Shown here: positions 1-9,174 of the stretch, piece after piece
How the letters are laid out: each line of letters starts with the position of its first letter
How positions within the stretch are numbered: position 1 is the stretch's first letter
Origin: an uncultured Bacteroidales bacterium
Lineage (GTDB): Bacteria > Bacteroidota > Bacteroidia > Bacteroidales > UBA12077
Length of the DNA: 64,000 nt
Assembly: GCA_964606845.1 (NCBI GenBank)
Contig: CAZSIC010000002.1
Coordinates: forward strand, 17,609 to 81,608
Direction: 5' to 3'
Made by a program: the position numbers and the translations under genes
Notes under the pieces: model-generated
Databases searched by the model: none
Told to the model about the DNA's origin: nothing
What the model saw: only the letters and a program-made list of their open reading frames with translations

Positions 1-1881
1 ACCAACAATAGGAAATGCAGCATTATCTAGAACTACATACCCACGTGAAACCCAAAATACAGGCGATCCATAATAAGGATAAATAAACTGATGAGGAGAA
101 GAGGTTACCTGGCCGGCAGTACTTTTATCCTTATATTCGCGCGGATAGGCCCACAAAATCATAGGATACTTCTTTCCTTCTTCATAATCTGTTGGTAAAT
201 ATAAAGTTCCTGATAATTCCAATCCATCATCACGCTTATATTTAACAACCTTTTTATGAACATTTTGTAAACCTGCAAATGGATTTTTAAAATCCGTAAT
301 CTGAGTTAAATCTCCAGTTTTTATATTCCGGAAATAATAATTTGGAAATTGGCTCTTCGACTCAATTCTTGTAAGTAATATTCCTTTTTTCGGGTCTTTT
401 AAATCTAAAATACTTTCTAGCGTTTCTTTTCCGTCGGCACGCCATAATCGATCTGTGTTTTTTGTTTTATAGTTAAACTGATCAATAAACGGACGAACAC
501 CTTCATCACTGTAGCCTCTTCCAATCAGATAAAGGTTCTCTCCTTCCATTTCTAAAACATATTTACCGTATCTATTTCTGGTGGTAACAAAATCGCCAGG
601 ATCATTATAACGGTCTTGATAATTAAGATCAAAAATAATCTCAGGATTTTTAGAATTATCCGAAGGATTAAACAAATATGATTTTGTGTTTCTGGTATTC
701 CACCACCTATCACTTGCTATTGCAACCTGATCATTCGCCCATCTAATTCCACCAAAACGATTAATTGTTTTTAATAAACTTCGTTTTTCTCCAGTAAATG
801 GAGCTGCTAATTCAAAAATTTCGTCACGGTACTCTGTTTCATTTGCAGGGTCTCCTCCATCAAGTGCTTCAGCCCAATACAAAGTTGCTGGTTTATCCAT
901 TCTCCAGGAGAGATTTCGCATACCTTCCCTTGTTGACATAAAACCTTTTGGTAACTCTTCAATAAGAGGGACTTCCAGTATTTTCTTCACTTCTTTTCCA
1001 GATTTATCATAGATGATTGTAGTGGAAGGGAATCGATAATAAGGAACAATATATGAAAATGGTTTTTCAATGGTTGTGATTAAAATATAATTTCCATCAG
1101 GAGAAAAATTCATACCTCTAAACATGGCTTTTTCTTTCCAGGGATTTATATTTCCATTTAAATCAACCTGAACAATCTCGGATAATACAAGTTGTTGAAA
1201 ATTAAACTCATCATTTCTATTGCTCAGTAAATCCTGATAGGTTCTATTTTGAGCTTTTTGTCCTTCATTTACTGAAACTGTTGGGCCAGTAGGTATTGAT
1301 CCTTTTTCGTCAATTAATGGTTTTCTGTCACCAGGTAAAACTTTAACTAAAAGGGACTTACCATCTTGAAACCATTCAAATGGAGATCCAAGATTTGCAT
1401 TCAGGTTATCGCTGGTAAGTTTTTGCACCTTTGCTTTTTTAACATCAAGCACCCAAAGCTCAACACCATTTTGTGTTGTGTTCGTAAACGCCATCATCGA
1501 CTGATCAGGCGACCATGAAAAGTTAGTTAGCCTTAATTTCTCAGGTAAACCATCTACTGATAAAGTCTTATCTTTTTTAATGTCTAAAACTTCAAACTTT
1601 GTAAAGTATCTTGCTCTACTTGAGATATTTGTTACAGGATTTATACGCAATCCACCAAGCCGTAATTCTTTTTCAGATAATTCTTCAATACTTTTATACT
1701 GATTTCGATACATTAATATAGCATAAGTTCCCTCTGTATTCATGTATACTGATGGTGGAAGGTCAACATCTGCTAGTTTAAGAATTTCTTCAGGCGGTTT
1801 TTGATACTCAATATCGAGCTGTGCATGCGCTCCTGCAAGCATGAAACACGATAAGAAAATGATTAAAAAATGTTTTTTCAT
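1..1881 (-). CDS. S9 (prolyl-oligopeptidase family) serine peptidase. Signal peptide and beta-propeller part only; the catalytic C-terminus lies beyond the left edge.
   Basis: Not in the supplied track because it runs off the window. My own reverse-strand translation from the ATG at 1881-1879 gives an open 627-codon frame: MKKHFLIIFLSCFMLAGAHAQ...YPMILWAYPREYKDKSTAGQ...RGYVVLDNAAFPIVG. It shows a signal peptide, propeller-like repeats and the start of an alpha/beta-hydrolase domain. Confidence 0.75.
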   Translation of the reverse strand, partial: MKKHFLIIFLSCFMLAGAHAQLDIEYQKPPEEILKLADVDLPPSVYMNTEGTYAILMYRNQYKSIEELSEKELRLGGLRINPVTNISSRARYFTKFEVLDIKKDKTLSVDGLPEKLRLTNFSWSPDQSMMAFTNTTQNGVELWVLDVKKAKVQKLTSDNLNANLGSPFEWFQDGKSLLVKVLPGDRKPLIDEKGSIPTGPTVSVNEGQKAQNRTYQDLLSNRNDEFNFQQLVLSEIVQVDLNGNINPWKEKAMFRGMNFSPDGNYILITTIEKPFSYIVPYYRFPSTTIIYDKSGKEVKKILEVPLIEELPKGFMSTREGMRNLSWRMDKPATLYWAEALDGGDPANETEYRDEIFELAAPFTGEKRSLLKTINRFGGIRWANDQVAIASDRWWNTRNTKSYLFNPSDNSKNPEIIFDLNYQDRYNDPGDFVTTRNRYGKYVLEMEGENLYLIGRGYSDEGVRPFIDQFNYKTKNTDRLWRADGKETLESILDLKDPKKGILLTRIESKSQFPNYYFRNIKTGDLTQITDFKNPFAGLQNVHKKVVKYKRDDGLELSGTLYLPTDYEEGKKYPMILWAYPREYKDKSTAGQVTSSPHQFIYPYYGSPVFWVSRGYVVLDNAAFPIVG

Positions 1882-2051
1882 AGTAAATTAAATTTTTAGA
1901 TTTTATTGTTAGATATAAAAATATAACAGAGGTTTAAGTTAATAAGATTTTAATTAAGTAACAAAATACTTGACAAGTTGATTTTCAGGTTTTAAATTTA
2001 TTCATTATTATCTTTTAATCTTCAGCATTTGTTCATTAAAAAATAGTTGCT

Positions 2052-2222
2052 ATGTCACACGAAAAAACCATCCACGACGGTAAAAAGAAAAAAAATCCTT
2101 TTAAAAAATTAAAGGAAAGGCGTGCAGAACGAAAAGCCAGGCGAGCCGATAGGAAACAAGAAAATATGTTTGAATCGAAACATAAACGAAAGCCCAGACA
2201 TAGAAAGGACTCTAAAGAATAA
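2052..2222 (+). CDS. Possible small, very basic protein (56 aa)
   Basis: Below the track cutoff. ATG at 2052 and TAA at 2220-2222. Translation is MSHEKTIHDGKKKKNPFKKLKERRAERKARRADRKQENMFESKHKRKPRHRKDSKE, roughly half Lys/Arg. No recognisable family and no clear promoter box. Confidence 0.3.
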   Translation: MSHEKTIHDGKKKKNPFKKLKERRAERKARRADRKQENMFESKHKRKPRHRKDSKE

Positions 2223-2278
2223 AGCAGCTAACTCTCAAAATGATTTTGGGAGTTTTTTGGACAAAATATTATAAATTA

Positions 2279-2286
2279 TACCTTTG
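2279..2286 (+). promoter_or_regulatory. Bacteroidota-type -7 box TAccTTTG, with a TTTG about 19 nt upstream at 2256-2259
   Basis: Exact match to the TAnnTTTG consensus, 30 nt upstream of the ATG at 2317. The track's TTG start at 2284 lies inside this box, which favours the 2317 start. Confidence 0.45.
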
Positions 2287-2316
2287 CACTCCTTTAACCG
2301 TGGAAAATTTCAATTA

Positions 2317-3423
2317 ATGCATTTAACAATAGAACGTAAGTCTACGGAATATCTGCATAAAAGAACAGTGCTCCCTCAAACATCTTACTGGGCTAAAGTA
2401 AAAGAAAAACAAGGATACAAAACCAGGGCATTTTCTATTAATGCCAATCATGAATTAACAAAAGATCACATAACACAAGAAGATATATTAATAATTATCA
2501 GAAACATTGGGAATAAAGGCTGCATTGCCTATATCCCTTATGGGCCCGATATTGACTTACCGGAAGATAAACAAGGCGTTTTTTTGGAAGAGTTATCCGA
2601 ATCTTTGCGCCCTTATCTACCCAATAATTGCATTTTTATTCGTTTTGATCTTGCCTGGGCATCTCCATGGCAGGATGATGAAGATTGCTATAATGATTTT
2701 GGCTTTTGGATGGGACCTCCCGAAACAAGGCTTCAAGAACTTCGTATGAATTTTGATACCCAAAACTGGAATTTACGAAAAGCTCCGTCTGATGTTCTTC
2801 CTTCTCATACTATTTTTCTAAATCTGAAAAAAAATAAGGAAGATTTATTAAAAAGCATGAAATCAAAAACCCGGTACAATATTAAATTGTCGTATCGCAA
2901 AGGAGTTAATGTACATGATGTATCTACAGATAATTTAAATGTTTGGCATAAACTTTATAAAGAAACTGCTGTTCGCAATGGTATTGCTTACAGAGATATA
3001 AACCATTTTAAAACAATACTGGAAACACGTGCAAAAAATACAGCATCACCTGCCAACGTTCACATGTTATTAGCTGAAAATAAAAGAGATGCTTTAGCTG
3101 CTTTACTTTTAGTAATGTCTGGTGGACGTGCAACATATTTATATGGAGCATCATCAAGAAAAAACAGGAACTTAATGGCTACCTACGCCCTTCAGTGGGA
3201 AGCAATTTGCAAAGCCAAAAGTGAGGGTTGTAAAGAATATGATTTCTTTGGTATTTCTCCAACGCCAGACAAATCTCATCCAATGTACGGATTATACCGA
3301 TTTAAAAAAGGATTTGGCGGATCGGAGTACCATAGGCAAGGCTGCTGGGATTATCCACTAAATGAAGATGCTTACGAGCTATACAGAACAGTGGAAATAT
3401 CAAGCAAAGGATATTATGTTTAG
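2317..3423 (+). CDS. FemAB-family peptidoglycan interpeptide-bridge aminoacyltransferase-like protein
   Basis: The ORF 2284..3423 is trimmed to its first ATG. It has the FemAB/GNAT-like tail YGASSRKNRNLMATYALQWEAICKAKSEGCKEYDFFGI...YRFKKGFGG. Confidence 0.75.
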   Translation: MHLTIERKSTEYLHKRTVLPQTSYWAKVKEKQGYKTRAFSINANHELTKDHITQEDILIIIRNIGNKGCIAYIPYGPDIDLPEDKQGVFLEELSESLRPYLPNNCIFIRFDLAWASPWQDDEDCYNDFGFWMGPPETRLQELRMNFDTQNWNLRKAPSDVLPSHTIFLNLKKNKEDLLKSMKSKTRYNIKLSYRKGVNVHDVSTDNLNVWHKLYKETAVRNGIAYRDINHFKTILETRAKNTASPANVHMLLAENKRDALAALLLVMSGGRATYLYGASSRKNRNLMATYALQWEAICKAKSEGCKEYDFFGISPTPDKSHPMYGLYRFKKGFGGSEYHRQGCWDYPLNEDAYELYRTVEISSKGYYV

Positions 3424-3430
3424 AACAATA

Positions 3431-3458
3431 AAAAAAGCCCTGCAAAAACAGGGCTTGT
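3431..3458. terminator. Bidirectional intrinsic terminator between the convergent femAB-like and csp genes
   Basis: The stem AGCCCTG (3436-3442) pairs with CAGGGCT (3449-3455). An A-run precedes it, giving a U-tract on the minus strand, and TTGT follows it. Confidence 0.65.
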
Positions 3459-3489
3459 AAAAGTCAAAAGTCAAAATTAGTAATTCAAA

Positions 3490-3681
3490 CTATTTAAGTT
3501 TTACATTTACTGCATTTAAGCCTTTTTTACCTTCTTGGAGTTCGAATGTTACTTCGTCGTCTTCATTGATTTTGTCAATTAAGCCGGAAACATGCACAAA
3601 GTATTCTTTTTCTGACTCCGCATCTTTAATAAATCCATAACCTTTTGATTCATTAAAGAATTTTACTGTACCTTCTTTCAT
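3490..3681 (-). CDS. cspA: Cold-shock domain protein (CspA family)
   Basis: 63 aa: MKEGTVKFFNESKGYGFIKD...FVHVSGL, with canonical RNP1/RNP2-like motifs. Confidence 0.95.
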   Translation of the reverse strand: MKEGTVKFFNESKGYGFIKDAESEKEYFVHVSGLIDKINEDDEVTFELQEGKKGLNAVNVKLK

Positions 3682-3715
3682 AAAAAATTATAATAAAAAT
3701 TTAATAAATACATAT

Positions 3716-3723
3716 CAAAGGTA
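3716..3723 (-). promoter_or_regulatory. -7 box TAccTTTG for the csp gene
   Basis: The plus-strand sequence caaaggta reads TACCTTTG on the minus strand, 35 nt upstream of the csp ATG at 3681. Confidence 0.4.
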
Positions 3724-3823
3724 TATATAAAAATTTGAAAATGTCAATAAACTTCCATGAAATAATTAATTTTTCTTCATTAAATAAGAATTATTAATGA
3801 AAAAGAAATTAAAATATGATGAC

Positions 3824-3854
3824 AAAAAAAGCCGGATAAATTTCTCTATCCGGC
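3824..3854 (-). terminator. Intrinsic terminator of the fasciclin gene
   Basis: The stem GCCGGATA (3831-3838) pairs with TATCCGGC (3847-3854). An A7 run at 3824-3830 gives the U-tract on the minus strand. The element lies just downstream of the stop at 3883. Confidence 0.7.
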
Positions 3855-3882
3855 TTAAAATGAACAAATCAGAATTCTTTTC

Positions 3883-5751
3883 TTAAGGAAGTATCACTTC
3901 ATCAATTACATGGATAACTCCATTGGTTGCAAGAATATCTGTATCAACAATTGTTGCATCTTCTGATCCTAATCCAAGTGCAGCATCAGTATCAGTAATG
4001 GTTAAGCTACCAAGATTTAGTGTAAAATTGCCGCCTAAGGTTGTTACGGTGCTACTTGATAAGTTTGGTAAATCTGTTGAGAATACTCTGCCTTCTACCA
4101 CGTGATATTTTAGTACTGCTTCAATTACACCTATACCTTGAGCTGTAACCAGTGCATCAAAATCTGCTACACCAGCTAGCGTATAAAGTGATTCAAAAGC
4201 AGCATCTGTTGGTGCAAATACAGTGAAAGGCCCTTCACCTTTCAATACGGTGATAAGATCGGCTGTTGATCCATCTTCTTCAACTGCCGTTAGAGCAGCA
4301 ACCAACTGACCAAATTCAGCTCCTTCTGAAGCTTCAGAAGCTGCTACAGCAATGTCAACAATATCGTCCGAAGCTGGAACCAACGTTCTGTCAATTAAGT
4401 GAACAACACCATTGTCATAATCCAGAGCTTCACCTGAAATTGTTGCTGCAGTAACCTGGGTTAATCCATTTAAAAATACTCCATTATCGTTATTACTTAG
4501 ATAAAAATCGCCACCTAATGAAGTAATAGCTGAACCTGTTGCAGGTAAACCATCACCAAATACTTCACTACCTAAAACGTGGTAGGTTAAAATGGGAGCA
4601 AGATCGTTGGCAGTTAAACCATCTAAACTTGTTATACCAGCAGCTTCAAAAGCATCATTATTTGGTGCAAACAGGGTATAATTAGCTTCACTGTCAATTA
4701 GTGTATTTAACAAATCAGCTGTAACTACTGCTTCAGTTAAAATGGAGAAATCTTTATTAAAATAAGCAGGTTCTACAATGGTATTTACGATACTTAATTC
4801 CAATGAAGGAACTAAAACTGCATCGACAATATGTACGATACCATTTGAAGCTTCTACGTCAGGAGTAGTAACGTTCGCTCCGTTGATAGTAACATTACTG
4901 CCACTTATTTCTACTGTAATTTTATCATCATCACTTAATAGCGTAGCCGCCATCTGACCATCAGTCAAATCTCCTGACATTAAAGCAGCACTTGAAATAA
5001 CGTGATACTTTAGCAGTCTTTCAATTACATTTTCAGGTACATCATCTAAACCCGATTGTCCAATTACTCCTAATAATGCTGAAAAGGCATCGTTTGTTGG
5101 AGCAAATACAGTATAATTACCATCTGAGCTTAAAGCATCTACTAAATCAGGGAACATCGTCAAAGCGTCTACCAAAATACTTAATGAAGGGGTTTCTGAT
5201 GCTATCGTTACTATATCATCTTTTGGTAATACGAAACCTTCTGGAAGCAATACTTCGTCAATAATATGTACCACGCCATTTGAAGCTTCTATATCAGCAT
5301 TGGTTACCATAGCACTGTTATTTAATTTAACAACGTCATCCATAATGCTAACATTGATAGATTTACCCGAAAGTAATGTTGCTACATCACCATTTGAAAG
5401 ATCAGTTGACATCACTTTACCACTTACTACATGGTATTGAAGTACTTCAGCTAAAACATCCGGATTATCTAAAAGTGTTTCTAACACGCCATCTTCTAAA
5501 TTATCAAATGCATCATTTGTTGGTGCAAACACAGTAAAAGGTCCATCACCTTGCAATACAGAAGTTAAATCTGCAGTTGTAATGGCAGTAACCAGAGTGC
5601 TTAAGTCTGATGTTGAAGTCGCTAACGCAACAATATCATTGGTTGGCAACATCATGTCATCATCATCATCGTCATTACACGATGTAAACATCAATCCTGC
5701 TATTAATGCAATAGCTGTGATTGATAAAAATTTTTTGGTAATCGTTTTCAT
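3883..5751 (-). CDS. Lipoprotein with four tandem fasciclin (FAS1) domains
   Basis: The motif T(V/L)FAPTNDAF/TVFAPTDAAF recurs four times, each followed by a YHV...G and NGV(V/I)H(I/L)ID block. The N-terminus has the lipobox LMFTSC. Confidence 0.9.
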   Translation of the reverse strand: MKTITKKFLSITAIALIAGLMFTSCNDDDDDDMMLPTNDIVALATSTSDLSTLVTAITTADLTSVLQGDGPFTVFAPTNDAFDNLEDGVLETLLDNPDVLAEVLQYHVVSGKVMSTDLSNGDVATLLSGKSINVSIMDDVVKLNNSAMVTNADIEASNGVVHIIDEVLLPEGFVLPKDDIVTIASETPSLSILVDALTMFPDLVDALSSDGNYTVFAPTNDAFSALLGVIGQSGLDDVPENVIERLLKYHVISSAALMSGDLTDGQMAATLLSDDDKITVEISGSNVTINGANVTTPDVEASNGIVHIVDAVLVPSLELSIVNTIVEPAYFNKDFSILTEAVVTADLLNTLIDSEANYTLFAPNNDAFEAAGITSLDGLTANDLAPILTYHVLGSEVFGDGLPATGSAITSLGGDFYLSNNDNGVFLNGLTQVTAATISGEALDYDNGVVHLIDRTLVPASDDIVDIAVAASEASEGAEFGQLVAALTAVEEDGSTADLITVLKGEGPFTVFAPTDAAFESLYTLAGVADFDALVTAQGIGVIEAVLKYHVVEGRVFSTDLPNLSSSTVTTLGGNFTLNLGSLTITDTDAALGLGSEDATIVDTDILATNGVIHVIDEVILP

Positions 5752-6178
5752 AACTTAAATTTTTTAGTTTATAATAAATTTTATTGAAATGAAACAGAAG
5801 GTTAATGATAATGTTTAATTAATTTAATTATTTATTTAACATTTAACTGTGTTTATAAATAATAAATATATTTAATTTATTAATATACAAATATTTATAT
5901 AAATACATTATAAATTATGATTTTTTTAATGTTTTACATATTTAATTCTAAACTAAACAAATATTTTTTATGCAGTGATGATATTCATAAAAAAATCATA
6001 ATTCAATAAAAAACTAATTGCGAGGCTTTAGTTATTTGAAATTAATGATAAAAAAACAGGATATGAGAAGGAATAATATTTAATTCCGGTAAATGAAACA
6101 GGCTTTAAAGGGGGCGACAATATTTAATTAAGACGAGATTTCTTTTGGAATACAGATATACCGACATTAAAGTGGGTC

Positions 6179-6221
6179 AAACGAAAATATCTTTTCCAAC
6201 GTTTAAAACTTTGGAAAAGAT
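6179..6221 (-). terminator. Probable intrinsic terminator of msrA
   Basis: A perfect 11-bp stem, ATCTTTTCCAA (6189-6199) with TTGGAAAAGAT (6211-6221). On the minus strand it is followed by ATTTTCGTTT. Confidence 0.5.
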
Positions 6222-6267
6222 GAACTACTAATAAAAATTAAATTGTATAATTTAGATTGGCCTTACA

Positions 6268-6876
6268 TTATTTAAGTTTATCTTGAAAAACCTTTTTAAA
6301 TTTTTCTAATTTGGGTGTGATAACAAATGAACAGTATGGCTGAAATTTATTGTTTTCGTAATATTCCTGATGATAATCTTCGGCCTTATAAAACGATTCA
6401 AATTCTGTAATTTCCGTTACAATTGGGTTCTTATAAATGTTGGCTTCGTCAAGTTTCTTTTTATAGTTTTTTGCCGTTTTTTTCTGCTCATCGGTATGAT
6501 AAAAGATAGCCGAGCGATACTGTGTTCCAACATCAGCTCCCTGTCTGTTTAAAGTTGTTGGGTCATGGGTTTGCCAAAAAATTTCCAATAAATCTTTATA
6601 AGCTATAATATCAGGGTTATAAGTAATTTGTACTACTTCAGCATGGCCGGTATTTCCGGTACAAACCTCTTTATAGGTAGGGTTTTTTACATTGCCTCCG
6701 GAATATCCGGAAACTGCAGATTCTACACCTTTAACATTATCAAAAATTGTTTCGGTACACCAAAAACATCCCGATCCAAATGTTGCTAATTCCATTTTTT
6801 TATTGTTTTGTGAATAAATTTCATGGCTTAAAGAAACCATGATTAATAGACTTATGATTAACTTTACAATTTTCAT
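6268..6876 (-). CDS. msrA: Peptide-methionine (S)-S-oxide reductase MsrA, exported form
   Basis: Contains the GSGCFWCTE active-site motif. I start it at the internal Met ([16 protein letters not shown]), which gives a signal peptide. The upstream 27 codons in the track overlap the divergent gene. Confidence 0.9.
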   Translation of the reverse strand: MKIVKLIISLLIMVSLSHEIYSQNNKKMELATFGSGCFWCTETIFDNVKGVESAVSGYSGGNVKNPTYKEVCTGNTGHAEVVQITYNPDIIAYKDLLEIFWQTHDPTTLNRQGADVGTQYRSAIFYHTDEQKKTAKNYKKKLDEANIYKNPIVTEITEFESFYKAEDYHQEYYENNKFQPYCSFVITPKLEKFKKVFQDKLK

Positions 6877-6939
6877 TTTATAAGTTTTTATTATAACATT
6901 GAACCCTTGCTGAATGTTTAAATTTTTAACCAGAATTGA

Positions 6940-7470
6940 ATGAATTTTAGCGATCAATTATTAGCAGAGCCTTCCAAGAAAAATACAGAATATATAGCCG
7001 CTGTAGTAGGTAAGGACAAAAAATTATTTAATCAGCTAATGGAGTTAATTTATACTAATGAGCCCTGGATTTCAGGGCGGGCAGCCTGGGTTGTTGAAAC
7101 CATTTGGCTCAAATACCCTCAGTTTATTGATCCTTATATTGATCAAATGATTGATTTTCTTCCAAAAGCAAAATACAATAACCAACGCAGACATTTCACA
7201 AAAATATTATCAACACGCAATTTAACTGAATTAGACGACGAGCATCTTGGAATTTTAATTGATTGTTGCTTTACGTGGCTTGAAGATCCTAAATATCCTA
7301 CTGCTGTTAAAATATTTTCCATGCAAATTCTTCAAAACTTTGTAAGATTAGAACCTGACATTACCGCTGAATTAATTGCATTGATTGAAAATCAGATGGA
7401 AGATGCCACACCGGGTTTTAAAAATCGTGGTAAAAAGACTTTAAAAGAGCTTTACAAACTTGCAGATTAG
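6940..7470 (+). CDS. Hypothetical helical-repeat (HEAT/ARM-like) protein
   Basis: A 176-aa ORF with an ATG start and coding-like composition. No diagnostic motif recognised. Confidence 0.55.
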   Translation: MNFSDQLLAEPSKKNTEYIAAVVGKDKKLFNQLMELIYTNEPWISGRAAWVVETIWLKYPQFIDPYIDQMIDFLPKAKYNNQRRHFTKILSTRNLTELDDEHLGILIDCCFTWLEDPKYPTAVKIFSMQILQNFVRLEPDITAELIALIENQMEDATPGFKNRGKKTLKELYKLAD

Positions 7471-7580
7471 TAAAAAAGAACCTTCCCGAAGTTTACAACA
7501 AATACATTTATATAAATATGTAGTTTTTTTAAATTTAATTACTAATTTTGCATCCGTTTAATTTTAAAATAGCATAAAAA

Positions 7581-7772
7581 ATGAAAAGAAATATTGTTGT
7601 TAATGAGAATTTTTGCCCGCAAAATCATCCGTGCCCTTCAACAGGAATATGTCCTGTAGGAGCAATTTCACAAAAAAGTCCGTTTAGCACACCCGAAATA
7701 GATTATAGTAAATGTACCGGATGTGGTATTTGTTTACGATCGTGCATGGCATTTCAATGCACCAATTGTTAA
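7581..7772 (+). CDS. Small Cys-rich 4Fe-4S ferredoxin-like protein
   Basis: 63 aa with 9 Cys. It has a CTGCGICLRSC cluster motif, an upstream CPQNHPCPSTGICP and a C-terminal CMAFQCTNC. Confidence 0.65.
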   Translation: MKRNIVVNENFCPQNHPCPSTGICPVGAISQKSPFSTPEIDYSKCTGCGICLRSCMAFQCTNC

Positions 7773-7800
7773 AAAAAGCCGGAAATAAACCGGCTTTTTT
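7771..7800. terminator. Bidirectional intrinsic terminator
   Basis: The stem AGCCGG (7777-7782) pairs with CCGGCT (7790-7795), flanked by an A-run and a T-run. It is shared by the convergent ferredoxin-like gene and the 58-aa gene. Confidence 0.7.
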
Positions 7801-7975
7801 ACTTCGGTTCCCAAAAACAGCGTTTCGGAGAAACGATCTTTTCATCTTCTTTTAAAGCTTTCATCGCTTTATCAACATCTTTTTTATCTAAACCGCTTAT
7901 TTCAGCAATTTCGCCTGCTTTTAAAGCTTTGCCGGCTTTTTTCAAGGCATCTAATACTTTTTGTGTAGTTTCCAT
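7799..7975 (-). CDS. Small winged-helix-like protein (58 aa)
   Basis: Below the track cutoff. My translation is [58 protein letters not shown]. The layout resembles a minimal wHTH (helix, GEIA...SGL turn helix, C-terminal wing). Confidence 0.5.
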   Translation of the reverse strand: METTQKVLDALKKAGKALKAGEIAEISGLDKKDVDKAMKALKEDEKIVSPKRCFWEPK

Positions 7976-8045
7976 ACGAAATAAATATTTTAGTAATTTT
8001 ACATTTTAAAAATAACAAAATATTTCATTTCAGGTTTATAAATTC

Positions 8046-9164
8046 TTATTCATAAATTAAAGTATTGGGATAAAAAGCGCCCCAGGCAAACCAGTACCCC
8101 ATAAATGATTGTGTAGGAGTTAACTTTTCTCCTGCGCGTGGCCCTTCAACTGCTTCACCCCAAATATTCCATTTATTGCCTTCATTATCGACCATAATAA
8201 CAGGTAATTCATTTTCCAATGGATCAAATTGCAGAGAGTCATCTAAATTATTAATAAAAGAAATGATAAAGTTTTTTTCCACATTACCTGCAATTATCAG
8301 ATATTCATCTTCAAAATGATCTACAATAATATTATTGGATGAAGAAAAGGAACTGAACCTGTAAACTTTTGCTTTATCATTAATAATTAACCCATGGACT
8401 CTTTCTTTTAGATGCAATCTTTCGTCTAATGGATCAACCGGAAAGAATAATGCTTCACTATTTTTATAATCTCCATAGGGATATCTGTTATAATTTCTTG
8501 AATACCCGGTGTTTGTACTAACAACTTTTGTGTTGGGATACATTGTTTTCCATGTTTCCCAGGTTGTTTCAATCAAACTGTGAGTTTCTGCTTTTGTTCC
8601 TGCAAGTTCTCCGTAAACACAATCCAATCTTATTTGAGACCAGTTGCTATCACTACCCCTATCATAAAGTATTAAATTAGAGTTATATAACAATCCGGAA
8701 ACACCAAAAGTTGTATAAGCTCCATTAACAAACCTATCCCATCCTATTCCCGTTCCTGTTAACGGACAATAATTAACTGCTACTCTCATTCCATCTAAAT
8801 CAGCATTAATTATTTCATGCCAATCCAATATACGATGCGGATATGCAACAATATCATTCCCAGAAACAATTCCAAGAACTAAATCTGAATTATCTAAATA
8901 ATCTGCTTCATCGGAATTAATTAATTCCGGATTTTGTAATGCAGGAATACCATCTTTTCCGGGGCCACCATCATAAACTTCATCAACAGGTATTAACCAG
9001 TTATATTCATTGTTCGATGAGTTTGTATTAGACGAATCTGTATCCAATGAATCTGTTGGATTATTCATCCTATCGTTCGATGAACTTGAGTAAACAAGAT
9101 CATCATCTGTACATGCTGTAAAATAGAGCATAACGATCATTCCAATTATTAATATCTTTTTCAT
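8046..9164 (-). CDS. DUF3179-family lipoprotein
   Basis: Has the lipobox YFTAC followed by TDDD. It also has a GKDGIPALQNPE motif and the overall pattern I associate with DUF3179. Confidence 0.7.
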   Translation of the reverse strand: MKKILIIGMIVMLYFTACTDDDLVYSSSSNDRMNNPTDSLDTDSSNTNSSNNEYNWLIPVDEVYDGGPGKDGIPALQNPELINSDEADYLDNSDLVLGIVSGNDIVAYPHRILDWHEIINADLDGMRVAVNYCPLTGTGIGWDRFVNGAYTTFGVSGLLYNSNLILYDRGSDSNWSQIRLDCVYGELAGTKAETHSLIETTWETWKTMYPNTKVVSTNTGYSRNYNRYPYGDYKNSEALFFPVDPLDERLHLKERVHGLIINDKAKVYRFSSFSSSNNIIVDHFEDEYLIIAGNVEKNFIISFINNLDDSLQFDPLENELPVIMVDNEGNKWNIWGEAVEGPRAGEKLTPTQSFMGYWFAWGAFYPNTLIYE

Positions 9165-9174
9165 AACATTAAAT

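Noticed and set aside
2284-2316. The track's upstream TTG start for the femAB-like gene. Similar upstream extensions appear for msrA (6877-6957), gpx (24899-24961), tmk (52062-52088), mce (37495-37608) and tetR (32322-32339).
   Set aside because: The extensions overlap promoter boxes or divergent genes, add non-homologous residues ahead of a signal peptide or a conserved N-terminus, or rely on a non-ATG start. Internal ATG starts fit the family lengths better.
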